From contig JANXOJ010000534.1 in NCBI GenBank assembly GCA_025353625.1, positions 1 to 44,561 on the forward strand: a stretch of DNA of 44,561 bases, given 5' to 3'. This document shows, piece after piece, positions 1 through 9,677 of the stretch (positions are counted from its first letter, which is position 1; every line of letters begins with the position of its first letter). The position numbers were made by a program, and so were the translations under genes. This DNA is from Planctomycetota bacterium (GTDB lineage Bacteria; Planctomycetota; Planctomycetia; Pirellulales; Thermoguttaceae). Under the pieces are notes generated by a model. The model searched no databases. It was not told the DNA's origin and worked only from the letters and a program-made list of their open reading frames with translations.

Positions 1-1200
1 ATGCGCATGAAGTTGAACGCCGCTCGCGAAGTAAAAATCGGACTCTCGCTGCTCGCGATCTTGACGGTGGTTCTGGGCGTCGTCGCCGTTCGACGCTTGA
101 CGAAGGCGACGGACGCTACCGAAGTTGCAATGGCCCCGCCCGTCAATGCGCAGCCGATTTATCCCCCGCAGGAGCGCGAGGCGAACGGCATACTGCCGCA
201 GCCGTCGCATCCAACGGATACTGCACGGCAGCCCACGTTTCAACCATTGGCGACGAGCAAACCGGAAATTAAAGCAATCGCTCCGCCCGTGGATCGCGCG
301 GCCACGAATGCGGCCAATCCACCGGCAACCGCGGCAAACGTGACCCCAGACGCCGATGACCGCTATGCGCCGGTCAATGGCACTCGGGCGGAGACTTCGC
401 CGCCTCTGCCGCCGCCGGCCGTATCGCACGTCCATGCCGATCCCATCGCGCCGGCATTCGTTACTCCGGCGAATGTTGCGCCGTCTCAGCCCCGACCGGT
501 TCCAATCACTCCTCCCGCGACGCCGTCCAGTCCTCCCTTGGTCGCAATCGGCCCCGTTGATACGGAAATAACCACGGAATCGACGCCCGAACCATCCAAC
601 GCGGAAGGTGTCATTCAAGTCGTGCAAGCGGCCGAAGTCCGGCCAACATCTCGCCCCGCGCCGCAGCCGCTTCCGCCAGCGGCGATGCGCGACGGCACGG
701 AAACGATTGGCCCCGCACACGCCACTGGCAGCTACGAGGTCCAACCCAACGATAGTTATTGGACGATCTCGGAGCGCATTTACGGATCGGGGGCCTATTT
801 CCGCGCTTTGTCCGAAGCCAATCGCGGCACGGAGACGCGGCCCGACCGCCTCGCACCGGGCTCGGTCCTCGCGACGCCTCCCGTCGCGCAGCTCGAAAAG
901 GAATACCCCGACCTTTGTCCGCAGGCAGATCGCCACGACGCGGGTCGCGCACGAGCGGACGCCGGTGTCGGCGGAGGAAGCTCCTACATGGTGCAGGAAG
1001 GCGATACGCTTTCGAGCATCGCGCGGAACGAATTGGGCAAGGTCTCACGCTGGGCGGAAGTCTATCAACTCAACCGCGACGCCTTGGGCAAGGAGTACGA
1101 GACCTTGACCCCCGGCATGCAGTTGACTTTGCCCCTTCGCGGCGCTCAGCCTGCCGATAGAACCGCCCGCACTCCAGGCGGCACGCCGAATGTGCCGTAG
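1..1200 (+). CDS. Proline-rich membrane-anchored protein with two C-terminal LysM-like repeats
   Basis: ORF 1..1200. It has an N-terminal hydrophobic helix (IGLSLLAILTVVLGVVAV) and a long P/A/T-rich linker. Two LysM-like units follow (YEVQPNDSYWTISERIYGSGAYFRAL... and YMVQEGDTLSSIARNELGKVSRWAEVYQLNRD...). The ATG is at window base 1, so the true start could lie upstream. Confidence 0.7.
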   Translation: MRMKLNAAREVKIGLSLLAILTVVLGVVAVRRLTKATDATEVAMAPPVNAQPIYPPQEREANGILPQPSHPTDTARQPTFQPLATSKPEIKAIAPPVDRAATNAANPPATAANVTPDADDRYAPVNGTRAETSPPLPPPAVSHVHADPIAPAFVTPANVAPSQPRPVPITPPATPSSPPLVAIGPVDTEITTESTPEPSNAEGVIQVVQAAEVRPTSRPAPQPLPPAAMRDGTETIGPAHATGSYEVQPNDSYWTISERIYGSGAYFRALSEANRGTETRPDRLAPGSVLATPPVAQLEKEYPDLCPQADRHDAGRARADAGVGGGSSYMVQEGDTLSSIARNELGKVSRWAEVYQLNRDALGKEYETLTPGMQLTLPLRGAQPADRTARTPGGTPNVP

Positions 1201-1284
1201 TTGACTGAGGTGAGATGCTGCCTGCACGGAGACCAGTTCTCCCCGCCCTCACCGGCTGCCCCTTTTTCGTTTACGGGCGAGGGG

Positions 1285-1332
1285 AATAAAAAAACCTCGC
1301 CGGCGACAACCGGCGAGGTTAAATTGTTCTTT
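1285..1332. terminator. Bidirectional rho-independent terminator between the convergent LysM gene and rpsA
   Basis: A 9-bp GC stem, CCTCGCCGG (1295-1303) / CCGGCGAGG (1310-1318), encloses a 6-nt loop. It is preceded by AATAAAAAAA, which reads as a U-run on the minus strand just after the rpsA stop at 1353. It is followed by TTAAATTGTTCTTT on the + strand. Confidence 0.65.
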
Positions 1333-1352
1333 ACGGTAATCGGCAATTCCAA

Positions 1353-3167
1353 CTACTCGGCCGCGACTGCTTCGCCCTCCGGCTTGGCTGTGCGGGGAGC
1401 AATCAGCGGACCCGATCCACCGCCGACACCGCCCTTGAGTTCGGCCGGCGGGCCAGCGGGAGATGGCTTGTTGGCACCGGTTGCCGTGGCGTCGGCGGCA
1501 ATTTCCTCCGCAGTCCATTCAACGCGCTTCCGCGAGAGGCCGATCTTGCGCTCGTCGGCATCGACGCGAAGCACTTTGACTTCGATTTCCTCGCCCACCT
1601 TGACCACTTCTTCCGGGTTCTCGACCTTGTGGTCGGCCAACTCCGAAATATGCAGCAAGCCTTCAAGTCCATCTTCAAGACCGACGAAGACCCCGAAATT
1701 GGTGATCTTGGTGACCGGCCCCTTGACGATCTGGCCGGGCTGATACTTCATCGGAATGTTGCTTGCCCAAGGATCGTCGGCAAGTTGCTTCATTCCCAGG
1801 GCAATGCGGCGGCGCTCCTGATCGACGCTCAAGACGCGACATTCTAAAACGTGGCCCTTTTCCACCATCTCGTTGGGATGGCTGATTTTGCGGGTCCAGG
1901 ACATATCGCTGACGTGCAACAGGCCGTCGATGCCCTCTTCGATTTCGATAAAGGCACCGTAGTTCGTCAGGTTGCGGACGGTACCCTTGACGACTGCACC
2001 GATCGGATAGCGATCGGTGGCGCGGTCCCACGGGTTTTCCTGGGTCTGCTTCATGCCCAAGGAAATCTCGTGCTTGTCTTTGTCGATCTTCAGGACAACG
2101 ACTTCGATTTCATCGTCCACCTGGACCAGTTCGCTGGGATGACTGATGCGGCGGGTCCAAGACATCTCGCTGATGTGGACTAAGCCTTCGATACCCTCTT
2201 CCAGCTTGACGAATGCGCCGTAGCTCATCACGTTGACGACAGAACCCTTGATCTGTTTGCCGACGGGGAACTTGGCCGCAACATTTTCCCACGGGCTGGG
2301 CGACTTCTGCTTGAGCCCCAGGGCGATCTTTTCCTTCTCGTAGTCAATGTGCAGGATTTGGACTTCGATTTCCTGGTCGATGGCGACCATTTCGGAAGGA
2401 TGGTTAATGCGGCCCCAACTCATATCCGTAATATGGAGCAGGCCATCGATTCCGCCCAAGTCGACGAACGCGCCGAAGTCGGCAATGTTCTTGACCACAC
2501 CTTTGCGACGATGGCCGACTTCGAGTTCGGCGAGCAATTGGGCCTTCTTCTCGGTTCGCTCGGCTTCGATTAACGCGCGGCGGCTGACGACGATATTGCG
2601 TCGCGCCTCGTCGATCTTGAGTACCAAGGACTGAACGGTGCGGCCAATGTAATCGCCAATATCGGCCGGGCGGCGGATATCGACCTGACTGGCCGGCAAG
2701 AAGACGGGCACGCCGATATCGACGAGCAATCCGCCCTTGATTTTGCGAGTGGCTACGCCGGTGACGACGTCACCTTCATGGACAGAATTCATAACCGACA
2801 GCCAGGCCTCGATCTTCTCGGCCTTGCGCTTGCTGAGGGTGATCATGCCGCGGGAATCATCGACTAGGCCGTGAATGTCCTCGACATCCTCGATCAAGAC
2901 CTTGATCATCTGCCCCGGCTGTGGAAGTTCTTCGCCCTCTTCCCATTCGCTACGGAAGATAATGCCTTCGCTCTTGTACCCGACATCGACTAGGACGACA
3001 TCGCCCTCGGTGCGAAGAACGCGTCCCTGGACGATCTGATTGACGGCAACCTCCTGGGTTCCCCAATCCATTTCTTCCGGCGGTGCCGCTTCCATAGCGG
3101 CGGAAAGTTCACCCTCCCACTCCTCCTCACTGAGATCGAGACTTCTTATAAGGTTACGATTGACCAT
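1353..3167 (-). CDS. rpsA: 30S ribosomal protein S1
   Basis: ORF 1353..3251 contains six repeated S1/OB units (e.g. GxVVxGxVxxIxxxGAFVxL, HISEMSW/HVSDMSW). The likely start is MVNRNLIRSL, with the ATG at 3167; the upstream extension has no S1-like sequence. Confidence 0.95.
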   Translation of the reverse strand: MVNRNLIRSLDLSEEEWEGELSAAMEAAPPEEMDWGTQEVAVNQIVQGRVLRTEGDVVLVDVGYKSEGIIFRSEWEEGEELPQPGQMIKVLIEDVEDIHGLVDDSRGMITLSKRKAEKIEAWLSVMNSVHEGDVVTGVATRKIKGGLLVDIGVPVFLPASQVDIRRPADIGDYIGRTVQSLVLKIDEARRNIVVSRRALIEAERTEKKAQLLAELEVGHRRKGVVKNIADFGAFVDLGGIDGLLHITDMSWGRINHPSEMVAIDQEIEVQILHIDYEKEKIALGLKQKSPSPWENVAAKFPVGKQIKGSVVNVMSYGAFVKLEEGIEGLVHISEMSWTRRISHPSELVQVDDEIEVVVLKIDKDKHEISLGMKQTQENPWDRATDRYPIGAVVKGTVRNLTNYGAFIEIEEGIDGLLHVSDMSWTRKISHPNEMVEKGHVLECRVLSVDQERRRIALGMKQLADDPWASNIPMKYQPGQIVKGPVTKITNFGVFVGLEDGLEGLLHISELADHKVENPEEVVKVGEEIEVKVLRVDADERKIGLSRKRVEWTAEEIAADATATGANKPSPAGPPAELKGGVGGGSGPLIAPRTAKPEGEAVAAE

Positions 3168-3442
3168 GAATTGTAAATTACGCACGCAAAAAAGTACTCG
3201 TTCGCCCCGTCCCCGGCACCCGGGAACTCGATATGGGCCATCGAGAATCACGCATTATATAAGGAATGTGAATAGTCGGCAATGGGAGTGTAAATGCTGC
3301 AAAACGAAAAAATGCCGTTGAAACGCTGGACTTCTCGCCCTATTTGGGGGAGTATTGCGCCAAGTGGCCTAATGATGCCGTCCATGGAGTGGATGCCCCA
3401 CCGAGTTTGCGGATGCGAATCAGAAAGGAAGAAAACAATTTG

Positions 3443-4144
3443 TTATTCGACCCTTCGGTTCCTTGCCTTCTCGCTAAACGGCGGATGTTGCCGCAAGATC
3501 GCGTGACATTCTCGCACGCGTCGCTCGACTTCGGCCAACAATTCACTCTCGTTGCGACCTTTGATCTCGGCAGGCGGGATTGGTTCGCCGAAGTGGATGT
3601 GGATTGTGCCCAAGCCGGGCAGCTTTTGCTTGCGAGGCCACGCGTCGAAGGCTCCCTCGATCGCCACCGGTAGTATCCAAGCCCCCGATCGATCGGCTAA
3701 AAATGTAAATCCGGCGCGGAACGGAGCTACTTCGCCGTCGCGCGTTCGCGTTCCTTCCGGGAACATCAAGACCATCTCGCCCCGCTTCAATCGCCGCAGC
3801 GACTCTTTGATGCCGCTCAATCCCAGGCCATCACGATCGATCGGTATGGCATCGAGCGATTCGATTAGCCAGCGAAAGGGTGCGAAGCGAAATAGTGACA
3901 GCCTAGCGAGAAAGTTCAACCGACGCGGACAGCATGCGCCAATCAAGGGTGGATCGAAATGGCTTTGATGGTTCGATACGACCAATACGCCGCCCGACGT
4001 GGGGACATTCGCGCGGCCGGATATACGCAAACCGTAGGTGGCCACGCCGACCAAATAGAGGAAGTGGCGGAGGAGTTCGTACCAAATGCGGCTGGCTAGC
4101 GAACGCTGGGACATGGGTAAGGGATTGCAAATTGCAAATATCAA
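3443..4144 (-). CDS. plsC: 1-acyl-sn-glycerol-3-phosphate acyltransferase (PlsC family)
   Basis: The acyltransferase HX4D motif (NHQSHFDPP) and the FPEGTRTRDG motif are present, with an N-terminal hydrophobic segment. The start could instead be the ATG at 4114. Confidence 0.85.
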   Translation of the reverse strand: MIFAICNPLPMSQRSLASRIWYELLRHFLYLVGVATYGLRISGRANVPTSGGVLVVSNHQSHFDPPLIGACCPRRLNFLARLSLFRFAPFRWLIESLDAIPIDRDGLGLSGIKESLRRLKRGEMVLMFPEGTRTRDGEVAPFRAGFTFLADRSGAWILPVAIEGAFDAWPRKQKLPGLGTIHIHFGEPIPPAEIKGRNESELLAEVERRVRECHAILRQHPPFSEKARNRRVE

Positions 4145-4171
4145 ATTGGAAAACGGAAAAAGGGGAACGGC

Positions 4172-4858
4172 TCAGGGCATCCGAACGCGGACTAGGGCTT
4201 CTAGGCGGTCGACGACTTGGTTCGGCTTTAGGCCGTCGGTAAGAAACAGGATGGCATCGCTCGCAGCGACGAGTGGGCCGACGTCGCGCGTTGCGTCCTC
4301 ATCGTCTCGTCGTGCTTGGGCATCCACAACCTCTTCCAGTGTGACCGCTTCACCGCGTTGCCGCAGATCGAGCAGGCGACGCTGGGCACGTTCTTCCGGG
4401 CTGGCGGTGAGAAAGATTTTACACTCCGCGTGGGGGAAGACCACGGTTCCCTGGTCGCGCCCTTCGGTAACGATGTCCTTTCCTTGGGCCTCGGCCTGTT
4501 GCAGCACGACGAGCTGCTGGCGAACCTCTGGATTGCCGGCCGAATGACGCGTAACTGCCGTAACTTCTTGAGACCGGACGGCGGCCGTCACGTCTTCTTC
4601 GTCGAGAAAAATGCGATCGGCATCGGTTCGTAATTGCAGTCGGCGAGTTAGCTCCGCCAAAAGTTGCGGGCGTTGCCAGTCGATGCCGCAGCGCAGCCCG
4701 GCGAGTGCAACGGCGCGGTACATTGCCCCGGTATCCAAGTAGTGAAACCCAAGCCGCCCAGCAAGAGCCAGGGCCACGGTACTCTTCCCCGCCCCGGCTG
4801 GTCCATCAATGGTGACAATCATAGCCTCTATTTTGCCACGGATAATCGCGTTCGGCAA
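4172..4858 (-). CDS. cmk: Cytidylate kinase
   Basis: P-loop IVTIDGPAGAGKSTVA followed by YLDTGAMYRAV. It lies upstream of rpsA, as in the conserved cmk-rpsA neighbourhood. The alternative start ATG at 4822 (MIVTIDGP) is at least as likely. Confidence 0.9.
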   Translation of the reverse strand: MPNAIIRGKIEAMIVTIDGPAGAGKSTVALALAGRLGFHYLDTGAMYRAVALAGLRCGIDWQRPQLLAELTRRLQLRTDADRIFLDEEDVTAAVRSQEVTAVTRHSAGNPEVRQQLVVLQQAEAQGKDIVTEGRDQGTVVFPHAECKIFLTASPEERAQRRLLDLRQRGEAVTLEEVVDAQARRDDEDATRDVGPLVAASDAILFLTDGLKPNQVVDRLEALVRVRMP

Positions 4859-4922
4859 CCGTTCTTTTTCCCCGGTGCTTGGTCTCGGCTATTTGGGGGT
4901 ATCTGGCGTATAATGAATTGCC

Positions 4923-5231
4923 ATGAAGCGAATTATCTTCAAATTCCGGGGCGGCCCACTGGACGGGACGACGGTGGCCGGTGAATTGGCAAAAAGTTCC
5001 GAGGTTCGCCGATATTATGCGCTTACGCATCACGGCCGAGTCGGCCAGCGGTTTCGCATGGCCTCGGAATATGCCGTGAACCGGCTCATCGATGAAGTCG
5101 TTGAAGAGATCATCGAAGAGGAAACGCCGTCGCATCAGTTCCAGCAGCACGTCTACGAAGTCGTCGATTGCATCGACAATCGAAAGGTCTTACTCGTTCG
5201 CATCGAGTACGTGCAAACGACGGCGCCGTGA
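4923..5231 (+). CDS. Hypothetical small protein (102 aa)
   Basis: This is an ATG-initiated ORF with balanced, protein-like composition and an acidic stretch (DEVVEEIIEEE). I recognise no family. Confidence 0.4.
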   Translation: MKRIIFKFRGGPLDGTTVAGELAKSSEVRRYYALTHHGRVGQRFRMASEYAVNRLIDEVVEEIIEEETPSHQFQQHVYEVVDCIDNRKVLLVRIEYVQTTAP

Positions 5232-6326
5232 ACCGAAAATTCTCTTCTCGAAGTGTCCAATGGATGCTCCGAACAGTTTTTTGGCAAGAATTTTCGCAAA
5301 CGGAAAAATATTTTCGCCTCCGTTCTCGATAGCACGACGCGCCCATTCACAACGCATCAAAGCATCTCGATTACAACGCGCGGCAGGTCTTGAAATTTGT
5401 TGCGTCGACATGCATTCAAGCGATCGACGATGCGCATTGAAGTTGCTGTCGAGAATCGCATCGAATCTGTTTTGAAGTGCGTCCGTCGCTTTGCGTTCGT
5501 CGATGGAGGGTCGCGTATCGATCGAGCATCGCATGGGGTTCGTCCGACGCATCAACGAGAGTGATTTGTATCGTGCAATTTCATCGCGGATTGCGGCGCG
5601 ATACGATGCATCATGCGGTCGCTATTATTATCGCAACTGATTGCAAAACAAGACTTTATGGCAACGACTCGTGGTTGCAAGTCGAGACGTTTAGACGCAC
5701 GAAGCGTCTGCCAATTGATGTGTGCAGCGCAACGGCGAAGGAGCCATCACCATGTGAGTTTTTCTTCATCGCAAGATGCGATAAGCGATCCAACGGAGCC
5801 GCTTCGTGAGCGTCGCTCCACGTTGCGATGCGCGTCGATGAGCGCGTTGTAAAGTGTCGCGTTCAAACGAACAGCGCACGTTGCAAGGAAGCAGCGACGA
5901 TGCAAGTTTTGCGTTGGCTGAAACGTACTTCGCGACGTTGCACTTGATGTCTTGAAATGTCGCGCGTAGGACGTTCGCGACGAAGAAAATTTTGGGATTG
6001 AACAAGAATTGAGCTTGAATAAATTTTGCAACGCGATAACATTTAGAGAGTTGGGGCCTTGGAGGCTCTACTCTGCGAGTGCTCTTGTGAAGGAAGAGAT
6101 GCTCGCGGGAAGAAGTTTTGGAGCGAGTGACGACATGAAATCGTTCGGCTTCGTGTCGACAGCAACATGTTGCAACATTCGATTCCTTGTTTCCGGAGTG
6201 CATTGTCGGAGTCTCAAACCTTTTTTTGATTGGCGAGGTGCCTTAAGGTGCCGGGTCGATGAATGGCGGGTTGGGAAACGAACGACAAATGACGCTCCCA
6301 AATCGAGTTTGTTAGGAGAACGTACT

Positions 6327-6419
6327 GTGGCCAAGAAAAAGGCAGCTAAGAAGAAAGTCGCTAAAAAAGTCGCTAAGAAGACCGCCAAGAAGGGCGCCAA
6401 GAAAGCGGCCAAGAAGTAG
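6327..6419 (+). CDS. Very basic Lys/Ala-rich 30-aa peptide (histone H1 tail-like KKAAKK repeats)
   Basis: A GTG at 6327 sits 8 nt downstream of AGGAG (6314-6318). The product is VAKKKAAKKKVAKKVAKKTAKKGAKKAAKK, ending at a stop at 6417-6419. A hairpin terminator lies about 100 nt downstream. The longer 136-aa ORF from 6009 has no protein-like N-terminus. Confidence 0.4.
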   Translation: MAKKKAAKKKVAKKVAKKTAKKGAKKAAKK

Positions 6420-6525
6420 GCATGTGCGGTCGGGGGTTCGCGACGGTCGCACGGCCTAATTGCCGTCCTGACCTGAAACGCGTGATCTCTTCTGTGCAGT
6501 CTGTCTTGTCACGACGAGAAAGGAG

Positions 6526-6558
6526 CGCCCGGCACGGCTGACCGGGCGTTTCTATTTT
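6526..6558 (+). terminator. Rho-independent terminator, possibly shared with convergent rnc
   Basis: Stem CGCCCGG (6526-6532) / CCGGGCG (6542-6548) with a 9-nt loop, followed by TTTCTATTTTCTT. On the minus strand the hairpin lies 75 nt past the rnc stop and is followed by CUCCUUUCUC. Confidence 0.55.
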
Positions 6559-6622
6559 CTTGGGTTCAGGCGTCCGGTGCGGCCAGGTATGGCATTCTCT
6601 GACCACGAAAACCTTTCCTCGA

Positions 6623-7363
6623 TCACCCATCCGCCGAATACGGTGCCGCCTTGCCGCTTAGCTCGCTCAAGGCATTCCGGGCAGCCCGCTGCTCGGCTTC
6701 TTTCTTATTTCGTCCCCATGCGGCTTGATGGCGATTGCCGCCGACCTGAGCGGCGATTTTGAAGCACTTACTGTGATCCGGGCCTTTCTCATCGAGCAAC
6801 AGATAGATTGGCGTGGAGCCATGTTCGCGCTGGGCCAGTTGCTGGAGCATCGACTTGTAGTTGGTTCCCATCTCGCCATCGGCGGCCAGTTCGATCTCGG
6901 GCAACATGTGCCGCTCCAAGAATTCCCGCGCGGAGGCGGTGCCTCCATCGAGATAAATAGCGGCGATCAGCGACTCGAAAACATCCGCCAAGAGCGAGGG
7001 CGGCACCGACGGATGCGTCGTCATGCCCTTGCCCAGGATCAGAAACTCCTGCATTCCCAGCGATTCGCTGATCTTGGCGCAGGTGATACGGCTCACGACG
7101 ATCGACTTGATCCGAGTCAGGTCGCCTTCGAGGTACTGGGGATACTGGTGAAAGAGCAACTCGCAGACTACAGCCCCAAGAATTGCATCGCCGAGAAATT
7201 CTAGTCGCTCGTTCGACAACAGGCGATGCTCCGCCCCCGATGCGTGCGTGAGGGCTGCCCGTAGAAGGTTCTTGTCGGAAAAAACGTAGCCGACGCGCTC
7301 TTCACAACCTCTCAGTAGTGACTCGTACGGCTGTACGGGGTCGCTTTGCTCATCCATCAACAT
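6623..7363 (-). CDS. rnc: Ribonuclease III
   Basis: The RNase III signature ERLEFLGDAILG is present, with a C-terminal dsRBD-like segment (KSMLQQLAQ...GPDHSKCF...NKKEAEQRAARNAL). Confidence 0.93.
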   Translation of the reverse strand: MLMDEQSDPVQPYESLLRGCEERVGYVFSDKNLLRAALTHASGAEHRLLSNERLEFLGDAILGAVVCELLFHQYPQYLEGDLTRIKSIVVSRITCAKISESLGMQEFLILGKGMTTHPSVPPSLLADVFESLIAAIYLDGGTASAREFLERHMLPEIELAADGEMGTNYKSMLQQLAQREHGSTPIYLLLDEKGPDHSKCFKIAAQVGGNRHQAAWGRNKKEAEQRAARNALSELSGKAAPYSADG

Positions 7364-7780
7364 GGAGTTACCGATTCAAGATGGAGAGCCCATCCCAAAA
7401 CCCGTTTTGCATCGGCTACGAGCCAAACCAAACATGGTTTTGGGATAGGTTCTCAAACGGTTCTTCGCGGAACCGCTAACGCAAACCGGCGCGACGAACG
7501 AAGTTGCTCATCCTCCCTGGAAGGAGCTCCTCCCGAATCCTGATTGCGTCAGAGGTTCCAATTACCCTCACCAGTCATTGTTACCTGTCCCTACCAATTC
7601 TGTCAACTTGAAAGGGGCAATTTGAGCCCAAATAGCTTATTTGGCACGCCAGGGAATCGGAAAAGCCGAGGCAATCCATTTTGGGCAGCCGCGAAGAGAC
7701 AGAAAATAGCGTTTTCCTGTTCCAAAAGCTGGCGGCATCCCGCTATTCTGCGAACGAAAAGAAGGTTTGCGGCCTTGGGT

Positions 7781-8653
7781 TTACGTTCCCCAATCCCGCG
7801 CGTAGCGGAAATCGCGATCCATCGTCCGCGGCGATAGCTTGGCAATCACCGGCATTCGGCGTTTGTAATGGTTCCGCCGGATCAACGTCGCCACGCGATC
7901 GACAAACTCCGGGGCAAAGCCGCCTTCGATCAACTCTGCCCGACGCCAGCGGCGGTCAACCATCAAAACCATCAGCCGATCGACCTCGGCGTAGCGGAAC
8001 CCCAACTCGTCTTCGTCGGTTTGCCCGACCCACAGGTCGCCGGTGGGCGTTTTCTTCAAAATGTCGTCCGGTACGCCCAGATGAGCGGCCAGCGGGTAGA
8101 GTTGCGTCTTGTAGATGTCGCCGATGGGGTTGATCGCCGACGCCATGTCGCCAAACTGCGTGCCATAGCCCAAAAGTAGTTCGCTCTTGTTGCTCGTGCC
8201 CAACACGAGGGCATTGAACGAGGCACTTTGATCGTAAAGCACCGTCATTCGTTCGCGAGCACACTTGTTGGCCAAGCGCATCCGAGCGGCGTCGGGGAAC
8301 TGGCTGAAGTAGGCATCGATGGAGCCGCTGATGGGTACTTCGAGAGTGCGAACGCCCAAATGATCGACCACCGCCCTAGCATCGCGGTTGGTGGCATCGC
8401 TGGAAGTCTTGTAGGGCATCGTCACGGCCAGGATGTTCTCCGGCCCCAGTGCTTTGGCAGCCAGGAATGTGACGACACTGGAATCAATCCCGCCGGAAAG
8501 GCCCATCACGGCCCGCTCGAAGCCGGCGCGGCGGATCTCCGTGCGGATAAACCGCGTGAGGATATCCGCAACCAGTTCGGCGTTAATGGTCAGGTCGTTT
8601 GCGTGCGCTTCAGCAGCCATAGCGGTTTCGCTTAATGCGGTTAAGTTCTTCAA
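7781..8653 (-). CDS. nadE: NAD+ synthetase, synthetase (PP-loop ATPase) subunit
   Basis: The PP-loop GLSGGIDSSVV is present, along with NKSELLLGYGTQFGD and the C-terminal NHYKRRMPV. The start is ambiguous (8653 or the ATG at 8620); either choice overlaps the upstream gene. Confidence 0.9.
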   Translation of the reverse strand: MKNLTALSETAMAAEAHANDLTINAELVADILTRFIRTEIRRAGFERAVMGLSGGIDSSVVTFLAAKALGPENILAVTMPYKTSSDATNRDARAVVDHLGVRTLEVPISGSIDAYFSQFPDAARMRLANKCARERMTVLYDQSASFNALVLGTSNKSELLLGYGTQFGDMASAINPIGDIYKTQLYPLAAHLGVPDDILKKTPTGDLWVGQTDEDELGFRYAEVDRLMVLMVDRRWRRAELIEGGFAPEFVDRVATLIRRNHYKRRMPVIAKLSPRTMDRDFRYARDWGT

Positions 8654-9497
8654 TCGTCAGCAACAGCCGTTCATCGCGTGCCAGCGGCGTGATTAACCGT
8701 TGCCGCCGTAGGTCGGCCGCATCAAACGTGGCCATTGTCAGCGATTCATCGAGCATCGGGGCCTCGACGATGGTACGGCCGTCGGGGCCGGTCACCGTGC
8801 TACCACCCCAGAAGCAGAGGCCGTCCTCGAACCCGACGCGATTCACCACGATTACCACCGCTCCCAAAAGTTGTGCGTAGGCTTTGGAGAGATGCTCGTA
8901 GGTCTCGGCCGTGCGGATACGCGGGCCTTCGACGCCGCGACCGGGCGAGTTGGAGGGGCAAATCAACACGTCGATCTCTTCGGCCTGCATGATCGCCGCC
9001 GCCGAAAGATGCCAAAAATCTTCGCAGATCAATATGCCCATCCGCCCAAAACGAGCCGTATCGAAGGCGGCGAATCGCTCGCCGGCAGCGAAGTAGCGTT
9101 GTTCTTCAAACAGCCCGTAGGTCGGCAAATAGACCTTGCGATGCAGATGCACGATACGCCCGCCCTCGGCATAGAGGGCCGTGTTGTAGAAGCGATGCTG
9201 CGGTGACTCTTCGACAAAGCCCAGGACGACGGCCATCGGCCCGGCGGCATCGAGCAATTCATCTATCTCCGGCGCGTCCGGGGCAATAGCCACATCGGGG
9301 ACCATATCGCGAACGAAGTACCCGGTGAGCGAAAGCTCTGGAAAGACGATCAGATCGGCTCCCTTCGCGCGAGCCGCCTTGATCTGTTCCAAATGCAATC
9401 CCACATTCCGCTGCCGATCGGCCAACGCCGGCGCAATCTGAGCTAAGGCCACATGGTGGACGGTGGGGCGGGCGGGTGGGTGAGAGGATGATGTCAT
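8610..9497 (-). CDS. Carbon-nitrogen hydrolase (nitrilase superfamily), probable glutaminase partner of NadE
   Basis: The CN-hydrolase catalytic context is present: FPELSLTGY (Glu), a conserved Lys region, and ILICEDFWH (Cys). The gene lies directly upstream of nadE and overlaps it, in the same order as the domains of fused glutamine-dependent NadE. Confidence 0.85.
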   Translation of the reverse strand: MTSSSHPPARPTVHHVALAQIAPALADRQRNVGLHLEQIKAARAKGADLIVFPELSLTGYFVRDMVPDVAIAPDAPEIDELLDAAGPMAVVLGFVEESPQHRFYNTALYAEGGRIVHLHRKVYLPTYGLFEEQRYFAAGERFAAFDTARFGRMGILICEDFWHLSAAAIMQAEEIDVLICPSNSPGRGVEGPRIRTAETYEHLSKAYAQLLGAVVIVVNRVGFEDGLCFWGGSTVTGPDGRTIVEAPMLDESLTMATFDAADLRRQRLITPLARDERLLLTIEELNRIKRNRYGC

Positions 9498-9677
9498 TTA
9501 TCCATAGTAATCACTAGCCCCCGTTAGGGCAATGAGCGGATTACTTTGGAGTGCGACGGCTCGTCATTGTTTTTCAAATAACTTTCGTGCCGGCCGACGA
9601 CAAAACGATCCGATGCGTTCGCGATTTGAACGTCCGCAGTCGGCTTGAAACGAAACATTTTGTATCAATCGCGTAAG

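Noticed and set aside
1201-1743. A 180-aa + strand ORF opposite the 3' end of rpsA
   Set aside because: It is antisense to ribosomal protein S1, and its product is S/P/A/T-rich low complexity.
5190-6203. ORFs 5190..5555 (121 aa) and 5766..6203 (145 aa) in the AT-richer spacer
   Set aside because: The first overlaps the convergent 102-aa gene. Both are R/C/S-rich with no motif, RBS or family resemblance that I could see. I left them uncalled rather than excluded.
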